Assembly: GCF_009557235.1 (NCBI RefSeq)
Contig: NZ_CP045650.1
Location: forward strand, 1,170,001 to 1,202,000
Length of the DNA stretch: 32,000 bases
From: Acinetobacter wanghuae
Lineage (GTDB): Bacteria; Pseudomonadota; Gammaproteobacteria; Pseudomonadales; Moraxellaceae
Reading direction: 5' to 3'
Shown here piece after piece: positions 25,873 to 32,000 of this stretch (positions are counted from its first letter, which is position 1; every line of letters starts with the position of its first letter). The position numbers and the translations under genes are program-made. The notes under the pieces were generated by a model that made no database searches, was not told where the DNA came from, and was given only the letters and a program-made list of their open reading frames with translations.

Positions 25873-26322
25873 TTGGACATCAAGATCATCGTCAAACCAT
25901 TAACCGAAGTTACACAATCAGAGTGGCAAGCTTTATGGTTGGGTTATCAAGCATTTTATAAGACCACGATTACAGATGACATCACTGCATTCACTTGGTC
26001 AAGATTAACCGATGTTCATTTAAATCAAATCTATGGCTTTGCTGCATTGATTGAAAATCAAGTCGTTGGCATCGTACATATTATTGAGCATGACAGTTGT
26101 TGGACGATCAAACCCTATGCGTATTTGCAAGATTTATTTACCCTTGAGCATGCGCGGGGTAAAGGCGTCGCAACAGCATTAATTCAACACGCAGATCAAT
26201 ACACCCAACAGCGTGGCTGTGATCGTCTTTATTGGTTAACGCATCAAGACAATCAGGCGGCACAAAAGCTTTATAATCGCGTTGCTAAAAAGACGGGTTT
26301 TATCCAATATCGTATGCCTTGA
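25873..26322 (+). CDS. GNAT-family N-acetyltransferase
   Basis: Acetyl-CoA-binding motif A, LQDLFTLEHARGKGVATALIQHA, with a downstream NQAAQKLYNRV helix. TTG start 6 nt after a GAGGAG Shine-Dalgarno. Confidence 0.8.
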   Translation: MDIKIIVKPLTEVTQSEWQALWLGYQAFYKTTITDDITAFTWSRLTDVHLNQIYGFAALIENQVVGIVHIIEHDSCWTIKPYAYLQDLFTLEHARGKGVATALIQHADQYTQQRGCDRLYWLTHQDNQAAQKLYNRVAKKTGFIQYRMP

Positions 26323-26447
26323 TATTTTTGAATATGAATTTAATACAAATATATCGTTCTAAACATGCAACAACCTGTTCTATCCTTGAGGCATGTAATA
26401 ACGCCAAAAAAAGCTATATTTGATTGCATTATATTGAGGAATACATC

Positions 26448-27035
26448 ATGACATTTAAGAACATTGCATTGGGTTTAACTTTAGCATCAGTTGCGACATT
26501 CACTCTAGCTAAGCCTGTGACTTACACCATTGATCCTACACACACGGCAACAGTGTTTACATGGAATCACTTTGGTTTCTCTATGCCATCAGGTAATTTC
26601 TCGGATATTCAGGGTAAAATTGTGGTGGATAATGACAAGCCTGCCAATTCTTCTGTCAATGTAACGATTCCACTTTCAAGCTTGAATACCAATGTTGGCG
26701 CACTTGATGAACATCTTAAAGGTGCAGATTTCTTTGACGCAGCGAAATACCCGAATATCACCTTTAAAAGTACCAAAGTACAAGCTCTAGGCAAAAATAG
26801 ATATAAGATCACTGGTAACTTAACTGTTAAGGATGTGACTAAACCCGTTGTGCTTGATGCTGTGCTAAATAAACAAGGTGAGCATCCAATGGCAAAAGTC
26901 CCTGCGATTGGCTTTAATGCGACCACTTCATTTGACCGTTCAGCATTTGGTGTTGGAGGGTATGTGCCTAACGTGGGTGATAAAATTACCGTGAACATCA
27001 CGACAGAAGCAACCATTCCTGCGGATAAGAAATAA
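26448..27035 (+). CDS. YceI-family periplasmic polyisoprenoid-binding protein
   Basis: Signal peptide MTFKNIALGLTLASVATFTLA. YTIDPTHT..F...HFGFS...G.F and DEHLKGADFFDAAKYPNITFKST are typical YceI motifs. The ATG at 26448 follows a GAGGA Shine-Dalgarno; the 26424 start in the ORF track is probably too long. Confidence 0.85.
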   Translation: MTFKNIALGLTLASVATFTLAKPVTYTIDPTHTATVFTWNHFGFSMPSGNFSDIQGKIVVDNDKPANSSVNVTIPLSSLNTNVGALDEHLKGADFFDAAKYPNITFKSTKVQALGKNRYKITGNLTVKDVTKPVVLDAVLNKQGEHPMAKVPAIGFNATTSFDRSAFGVGGYVPNVGDKITVNITTEATIPADKK

Positions 27036-27047
27036 GATTGAAGCAAT

Positions 27048-27074
27048 AAAAAGCCCTCACTTGAGGGCTTTTTT
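27048..27074. terminator. Bidirectional rho-independent terminator
   Basis: A5-GCCCTC-ACTT-GAGGGC-T6 lies between the convergent YceI and LysE genes. Confidence 0.85.
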
Positions 27075-27083
27075 ATTGCGTGT

Positions 27084-27719
27084 TTAATCTCGATTTAAGA
27101 TTAGTAAAAGCCCAAAGCTAATGAAGATGCCACCTGTAATGCCATCAATCCACTTAGAGAATTTTTGATAACCCTGATTAATACGTTGCATAGAAAAGAT
27201 AAAAGCAACCAAGGTAAACCACAGTAAACTTTCTAAGAAAATCAGTAAAAGTAATGAACCCTGTTCGCTAAGCGGAGTATTGGTGTTAATGGCCACGGCA
27301 AATACGCTGCTAAAATAGACCAATGCTTTTGGATTTGCCATGTTGGTCAAAAAGCCTTGAAATAATAATTTCAAATGACTCGATGCCACATGCGATTCAT
27401 TGCTTTGTAGCCCAATATTTGAGTCGGGTTGAGGTGGGTTAAGTACTGACTTCAGCATAAGTACGCCTAGATACAGCAGATAAATTCCGCCTAGAATCAT
27501 CAGTACCTGCTGTAACCATGCCATCTTTTGAAATAAGAAGTGTAAGCCGCTTAAAGCGCAAATCGACCAAACCAAGATGCTTAGAGAAATACCGAATGCC
27601 GCAAAGAGCGCATGCGTTCGAGATTGACGAATCGCACTTTGAGTCACAAAGAAAAAATCAGGACCAGGACTAATCAAGGCAAAAAAGTGAATGATTGCAA
27701 TACCGAACAAAGCAGACAT
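27084..27719 (-). CDS. LysE/RhtB-family amino-acid exporter
   Basis: 211-aa six-helix membrane protein with the N-terminal family motif ISPGPDFFFV. Confidence 0.8.
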   Translation of the reverse strand: MSALFGIAIIHFFALISPGPDFFFVTQSAIRQSRTHALFAAFGISLSILVWSICALSGLHFLFQKMAWLQQVLMILGGIYLLYLGVLMLKSVLNPPQPDSNIGLQSNESHVASSHLKLLFQGFLTNMANPKALVYFSSVFAVAINTNTPLSEQGSLLLLIFLESLLWFTLVAFIFSMQRINQGYQKFSKWIDGITGGIFISFGLLLILNRD

Positions 27720-27751
27720 AAGGCTAAACGCGCTAAAAATTTATCTACATT

Positions 27752-28492
27752 CTATGGTGTTGATATTGAATGGGCGATAGTCAATTGGTCGATAAAGTTT
27801 TTTAAAACTTGAGAAGATGCCTGTTCTAGATGTGTAGCGTATTTTCGATTATCAGCACGTAAGGTTGGAATGTCGATATTGGCGTTACGTAATTCACATG
27901 TATGCCCAATCAACCATTTTTCTAAATTGTCACTTGCAACTTCCGCATGAAACTGCAGAGCCAAAATATTGGATCCGACTCGAAATGCCTGATTGGAGTA
28001 TATTTCTGAACTTGCTAATAATTCAGCGGATTTAGGTAATTCAAAAGTATCACCATGCCAATGTAAGACTTTAATCTCTGTCAAAGCGCTAAGCGGATTC
28101 TTTAGCATATTTTGAATATCTAGTTTGGACCAACCAATTTCTTTAGCATGTCCTGCATAGACGCGTGCTCCTAAAGCGTGAGCAATAAGCTGAGCACCTA
28201 AACAAATCCCAAGAGTGGGTAGGTTTTTCTCTAAACGCACTTTAAGTAAGTCTATTTCTTGTTTTAAAAATGGGTAATCATCTGATTCATAAACACCGAT
28301 CGGGCCACCTAAAATAATGGTCAAGCCCTCGTACTGCAGCGCTTTGGTTAGATCATCAATTCCTGCCTCAAAGTAGCGTACACGATAGCCAAGGCTGTAC
28401 AGGACATCTTCCCAAGCACCTAAATCTTCAAAGGCAAGATGCTGAATGGCATAGATGGTTTCGGGTAATGTGGTCATGTTTAACATCAACAT
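27752..28492 (-). CDS. Class-I glutamine amidotransferase (GMP-synthase-like GATase1 domain protein)
   Basis: Nucleophile elbow LGICLGAQLIA, plus HWHGDTFELP and FHAE (the His/Glu of the triad). The start is ambiguous among ATGs at 28492, 28486 and 28477. It lies 32 nt upstream of the LysE gene, so a likely operon. Confidence 0.8.
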   Translation of the reverse strand: MLMLNMTTLPETIYAIQHLAFEDLGAWEDVLYSLGYRVRYFEAGIDDLTKALQYEGLTIILGGPIGVYESDDYPFLKQEIDLLKVRLEKNLPTLGICLGAQLIAHALGARVYAGHAKEIGWSKLDIQNMLKNPLSALTEIKVLHWHGDTFELPKSAELLASSEIYSNQAFRVGSNILALQFHAEVASDNLEKWLIGHTCELRNANIDIPTLRADNRKYATHLEQASSQVLKNFIDQLTIAHSISTP

Positions 28493-28625
28493 AAAGATAA
28501 AAAAGAGATATGGAGTAATCTAGCCTGAATGACATCAAAATTGAAGGAGATTGAAAGAATTGATGCTGTATTGTATAAAATAGAAGGTAATAGCGGAGTT
28601 TGAATAGCCACCGATTTTTTAAACG

Positions 28626-28658
28626 ACCTCTCTGAGGTTTGGATGTCCTTAGAGAGGT
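28626..28658. repeat. 12-bp-stem hairpin in the GATase / DJ-1 intergenic region
   Basis: ACCTCTCTGAGG (28626-28637) pairs with CCTTAGAGAGGT (28647-28658), with one G-T wobble and a 9-nt loop. There is no adjacent U tract on either strand. Confidence 0.5.
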
Positions 28659-28674
28659 GTATAAATTAATTGAT

Positions 28675-28698
28675 AAGGCTTAAGAGCATTTAAGCCTT
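28675..28698 (-). terminator. Hairpin overlapping the stop codon of the DJ-1/PfpI gene (weak terminator)
   Basis: AAGGCTTAA-GAGCAT-TTAAGCCTT. Downstream on the minus strand the sequence is A/T-rich but not a clean U tract. Confidence 0.4.
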
Positions 28699-29374
28699 AT
28701 TTCAAGGCATTTAATAATGTATCTGCTGTTGCCCCAGAGGACGCTGGATTTTGCCCAGTAATAAGTAAGCCATCTTGTTGTACATAAACCTGCCAATCTT
28801 CAGCTTTTGAATAATGTCCGCCTTTTTCTTTCAGCATATCTTCAACAAGAAAAGGCACGATATCTGTTAATTCGACCGCTGCTTCTTCACCATTGGTAAA
28901 TCCAGTCACGGCTTTGCCTGCGACAATCGGTTGTCCTTGAGTATCTTTCACATCACGCAATATACCTGGTGCATGACATACTAAAGCCACGGGCTTATTT
29001 GTTTGCAACGTTTGTTCAATTAAAGCAATTGAATCAGCATCATTGGCAAGATCCCAAAGTGGACCATGCCCGCCAGGATAGAACACAGCGTCAAAATCAT
29101 TTGAACTCATTTCACTCAAATGATGCGTTTTAGCTAAGGCTTGCATCGCGACTGGATCTGCTTCAAAACGTTTAGTTTCTTCGGTTTGAGCATCTGGGCT
29201 GCTACTTTTAGGATCTAATGGGGGGTGACCACCGTGTGGCGAGGCTAAAGTTACTTCCGCGCCAGAGTCTATAAAACGATAATAGGGCGCTGCAAGTTCT
29301 TCAAGCCAAAAACCTGTTTTTTGCCCCGTATCACCCAATTGGTCATGGGAAGTAAGAACGATTAGAATTTTCAT
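28697..29374 (-). CDS. DJ-1/PfpI-superfamily (type 1 glutamine amidotransferase-like) protein
   Basis: MKILIVLTSHDQLGDTGQKTGFWLEELAAPYY...EVTLASP.GG.PPLDPKS and the nucleophile elbow ALVCHAPG are typical of this subfamily. Confidence 0.85.
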   Translation of the reverse strand: MKILIVLTSHDQLGDTGQKTGFWLEELAAPYYRFIDSGAEVTLASPHGGHPPLDPKSSSPDAQTEETKRFEADPVAMQALAKTHHLSEMSSNDFDAVFYPGGHGPLWDLANDADSIALIEQTLQTNKPVALVCHAPGILRDVKDTQGQPIVAGKAVTGFTNGEEAAVELTDIVPFLVEDMLKEKGGHYSKAEDWQVYVQQDGLLITGQNPASSGATADTLLNALK

Positions 29375-29390
29375 AGTATTTACCTAATTA

Positions 29391-30364
29391 ACCCGAATCC
29401 TGCTTAAGCCGATGATTGCATAATTTGAATCGTTGGCTTGTTTCGATGGGTTAATTGATATGCACATAACGAAGCATAAATTCCGCTGAGAAATCCATAA
29501 GTACTACGTGCTTTACTCGTCACTAAATGATATTGCCCTTTCAATAAGCTGAATAATGTTTCTATCTTATTGCGTTGCCTTAGGTGATATTCATCTGGTG
29601 CACTGAGTTGAAAAGATTCCATATTCCTCCGATGATAAGTAATTAAATCAATACCTTCAACTTGCAGCCTGCGCTTTAATTCTTGGCTGATGTAGCCTCG
29701 ATCCCCGTAAAGTTTTCCTTTTAGGCCATCAACTAATTGCTCAACCATTTTTATGTCAGCAACATGTCCATTCGATAAAGCAGAACAGGTAATTTCACCA
29801 AATTGATTCATCGCAATATGTAATTTACAGCCATAGAACCAGCCCATTGAGCTCCTACCACGTGATGCAATTTGGACTAATGATTTATGGCGTTGAATAC
29901 GTTGATTTTTACAAACTGGCAGAGTTGTTGAATCAATCCATAAATATTGTGTTTCTTGACCCTTCATCAGCGCCACATGCAAAGCCTGTAGAGCCAATTG
30001 GTGCATATTGATCAGATGAATCATCCTTTGATAGCAAGGCAAGTACTTAAATAAATAGCTTTTATCTTCTTTTAACCAAGTGAAAAAGGCTTTGAAATTA
30101 GTGAAATGAGAGGATTTATACAAAATAGCAATAAAGATAATTTCTGAAAGACTGAGTTGAGCAACTCGGATTCTTGAAAGTTGGCCATCTTGCTTGAGGA
30201 ATTTCCAATAAGTTGCTTCAAATTGTAGAAAAAAGTCATCAATTAAGCAGAACAATTCGGTACTATTAAACATCGGGACTAGAGTTTTAAGTTTTGTGTG
30301 GTAACTCAACTGATGGCTCTAGTCCTTCTATTTTTCAAGTCAATTTCTTATCCGCGATTCGGGT
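29391..30364 (-). mobile_element. Complete IS982-family insertion sequence (974 bp)
   Basis: Terminal inverted repeats ACCCGAATCCTGCTTAAG (29391-29408) and the reverse complement of 30347-30364, ACCCGAATCGCGGATAAG: 9 perfect outer bp, 14/18 overall. Both ends are flanked by TAATTA (29385-29390 and 30365-30370), which is either a 6-bp target duplication or an IR extension. It contains one transposase ORF whose stop lies inside the IR. The 9-bp inverted repeat GGACTAGAG/CTCTAGTCC (30276-30284 / 30317-30325) brackets the translation start region. Confidence 0.85.
29404..30309 (-). CDS. IS982-family DDE transposase
   Basis: The N-terminus (M)FNSTELFCLIDDFF and overall size (289-301 aa) are typical of IS982-family transposases. 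The ORF-track start at 30309 is a TTG; the ATG at 30273 is the likelier start. Confidence 0.85.
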   Translation of the reverse strand: MSYHTKLKTLVPMFNSTELFCLIDDFFLQFEATYWKFLKQDGQLSRIRVAQLSLSEIIFIAILYKSSHFTNFKAFFTWLKEDKSYLFKYLPCYQRMIHLINMHQLALQALHVALMKGQETQYLWIDSTTLPVCKNQRIQRHKSLVQIASRGRSSMGWFYGCKLHIAMNQFGEITCSALSNGHVADIKMVEQLVDGLKGKLYGDRGYISQELKRRLQVEGIDLITYHRRNMESFQLSAPDEYHLRQRNKIETLFSLLKGQYHLVTSKARSTYGFLSGIYASLCAYQLTHRNKPTIQIMQSSA

Positions 30365-30671
30365 TAATTAAGTACATTATTTTGTAGATTATCAATGAAT
30401 ATATGTGGACTAAGCCCACACGTTTCTATCTAGTTTAATTATGCGGCGTGTTGTTATATTTTCTATAGGTGTCTTGTGTGTGGATGGTTGCACACATTAA
30501 TTCTCGGAGATTTTTCTTAGAGTGTCTGTATAGGTTCAATTGATTGGCTTGAATGATAAGGTTATTAGGGAGATTGAGAGGGACTTCGATATTCAATCAC
30601 AAAAGGCATGTAGTCGGGCTGAATGTGCTTATGCAGCTTAACAGAGCAAGTAGAAAGCATCTTTTAGAATT

Positions 30672-30705
30672 AAAAAAAGCCCCCATCTTTCGATGAGGGC
30701 TTTTT
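30672..30705 (-). terminator. Rho-independent terminator of tRNA-Gly
   Basis: A7-GCCCCCATC-TTTC-GATGAGGGC-T5, with one mismatch in the stem. It starts 12 nt beyond the tRNA 3-prime end on the minus strand. Confidence 0.8.
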
Positions 30706-30712
30706 CGTATTC

Positions 30713-30788
30713 TGGAGCGGGAAAGGAGACTCGAACTCCCGACCCCAACCTTGGCAAGGTTATGCTCTACCAACTGAGCTATTCCCGC
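30713..30788 (-). tRNA. tRNA-Gly (anticodon GCC), CCA encoded
   Basis: The reverse complement is GCGGGAATAGCTCAGTTGGTAGAGCATAACCTTGCCAAGGTTGGGGTCGGGAGTTCGAGTCTCCTTTCCCGCTCCA. It has a 7-bp acceptor stem, an AGCTCAGTTGGTAGAGC D-arm, anticodon loop TTGCCAA and a GGTTCGA-type T-loop. It is near-identical in layout to E. coli tRNA-Gly(GCC). Confidence 0.97.
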
Positions 30789-30798
30789 AATGAGGGCT

Positions 30799-30826
30799 AT
30801 TATAGAGAATATCGCAGCAGTGTCAA
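30799..30826 (-). promoter_or_regulatory. Consensus sigma70 promoter of tRNA-Gly
   Basis: On the minus strand: TTGACA (30826-30821), a 16-nt spacer, TATAAT (30804-30799), then a 10-nt AGCCCTCATT discriminator region before tRNA nucleotide +1. Confidence 0.7.
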
Positions 30827-30850
30827 CTCTCTACGATTTTAATTGCCTAA

Positions 30851-32000
30851 TTAATCAGCACGACGCCATACGGTGCCTTGACGCGTATCTTCAAGCACAA
30901 TGCCTTGATCGAGCAAAGACTGACGGATTTCATCAGCACGGGCAAATTCTTTGGCTTTCTTCGCATCTTTACGTTGTTGGATTAAATCTTCAATCTGCTC
31001 TGGTGTTAAACCTAATGCTTCCTGACCAATATCCGATTTTAAGAATTCATCAACATTGTATTGCACCAAACCAAGAATATTAGTCAGGTGACGTAAAGTT
31101 GCATAATAAATCGCAGCTCGTTCCGCATTTTCTTCTTTGACCGCGGTATTTAAAGCTTTGTTTATTTCAAACAGAACTGCGATTGCTTCAGACGTATTGA
31201 AATCATCACGCATTGCAGCATTGAAACGTTCAACGAATGCTTCATCCAATGTTTCAGCCAATGTATCGCCATAAACGGCTTGATAGGCTTTAAATGAATG
31301 ATAGAAACGGGTCAGGGTAGTTTTCGCTTCTTTTAACGCAAAGTCAGAAAAATTGACTGGACTACGATAGTGTGAAGAAACAATAAAGTAACGGATCACT
31401 TCAGGATGGAATTTTTCCATCACATCACGAATGGTAAAGAAGTTGCCGAGTGACTTCGACATTTTTTCACCATCGACATTAATGAAACCGACATGCATCC
31501 AATAATTCACATATTGTTCGCCGGTTGATGCTTCAGATTGCGCGATTTCATTTTCATGATGTGGGAATGTTAAATCAGAACCACCGCCATGAATATCAAA
31601 ATGGTTGCCTAGGCAGCAGGTTGACATCGCTGAACACTCGATATGCCAACCCGGACGACCATTGCCCCAAGGAGACGCCCAAGACGGTTCATTTTCTTTG
31701 GCATGTTTCCAAAGCACAAAGTCAAAAGGATGTTTTTTCTGTACTTCAACATCGACACGTTCTGATGCACCTGCTTGCATATCTTCAAGCTTACGACCAG
31801 ACAAACGACCATATTTTTCAAATTTTTCAACTTCGAAATAGACATCGCCATTGTTTGAAGGGTAGGCGGTGCCTTTATCAACCAAATTTCCAATCATGTT
31901 TTGCATTTGGTCAATATAGTCTGTTGCACGCGGTGCTTCATCGGGAGCAGTACAACCCAAACTTGTTGCATCGTCATTCATGGCTTGAATAAAGCGATCG
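30851..32000 (-). CDS. cysS: Cysteinyl-tRNA synthetase, N-terminal ~90 codons outside the window
   Basis: The frame stays open upstream of the ATG at 31981 (..[10 protein letters not shown]..), paralleling E. coli Cys[41 protein letters not shown] and the KMSKS motif ([12 protein letters not shown]) are present, with C-terminus GTVWRR. Confidence 0.95.
   Translation of the reverse strand, partial: DRFIQAMNDDATSLGCTAPDEAPRATDYIDQMQNMIGNLVDKGTAYPSNNGDVYFEVEKFEKYGRLSGRKLEDMQAGASERVDVEVQKKHPFDFVLWKHAKENEPSWASPWGNGRPGWHIECSAMSTCCLGNHFDIHGGGSDLTFPHHENEIAQSEASTGEQYVNYWMHVGFINVDGEKMSKSLGNFFTIRDVMEKFHPEVIRYFIVSSHYRSPVNFSDFALKEAKTTLTRFYHSFKAYQAVYGDTLAETLDEAFVERFNAAMRDDFNTSEAIAVLFEINKALNTAVKEENAERAAIYYATLRHLTNILGLVQYNVDEFLKSDIGQEALGLTPEQIEDLIQQRKDAKKAKEFARADEIRQSLLDQGIVLEDTRQGTVWRRAD

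Noticed and set aside
30790-31083. Plus-strand ORF 30790-31083 and the plus/minus ORFs 31525-31992, 31605-31841 and 31609-31893
   Set aside because: They overlap the tRNA-Gly promoter and the cysS coding region, whose frame carries the KMSKS and other class-I motifs. They are spurious.
1-32000. CRISPR arrays, rRNA genes, integrases, or tandem RNA-repeat (type III TA) arrays
   Set aside because: I scanned the intergenic regions by eye. The only regular direct-repeat/spacer pattern is the two-copy 14-mer at 8089/8124, and there are no integrase-like or Cas-like ORFs.

Overview
This is a 32 kb chromosomal segment, by gene content and AT-rich codon usage most likely from an Acinetobacter-like gammaproteobacterium (inference; no search was possible). 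It is mostly a housekeeping backbone: hemL (5-prime truncated), a GlcG-like gene, rluA, rapA, a FabR/DesT-like repressor with a divergent reductase-desaturase operon, HAD hydrolase, lipoprotein, dusB, nitronate monooxygenase, YeeE/YedE permease, metK, a type IV pilin, tkt, GNAT, YceI, a LysE exporter, a class-I GATase, a DJ-1/PfpI protein, tRNA-Gly(GCC) and cysS (truncated). Many intergenic gaps carry clear A-run/hairpin/T-run terminators. The points worth a second look are:
- A very low-GC single-gene islet (2110-2940) encodes an orphan protein with a HEPN-type RNxxxH motif. This is my best candidate for an undescribed stand-alone defence or toxin effector.
- A translationally coupled radical-SAM/HhH plus TIGR03915-like pair (16397-18480) of still unknown DNA repair or modification function sits behind two palindromes.
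- The desaturase-associated ferredoxin reductase is split by a +1 frameshift in an A7 tract.
- An orphan EntB-like protein combines a degenerate isochorismatase domain with an aryl-carrier domain, with no siderophore genes nearby.
- A complete 974-bp IS982-family element sits 16 bp upstream of the DJ-1/PfpI start codon.
- An Ala-rich lipoprotein shows LEA-like 11-residue periodicity.
- An isolated pilin gene lies in AT-rich DNA with a sigma54-like promoter.

No CRISPR array, rRNA, integrase or prophage genes were seen. All family assignments come from reading motifs by eye.
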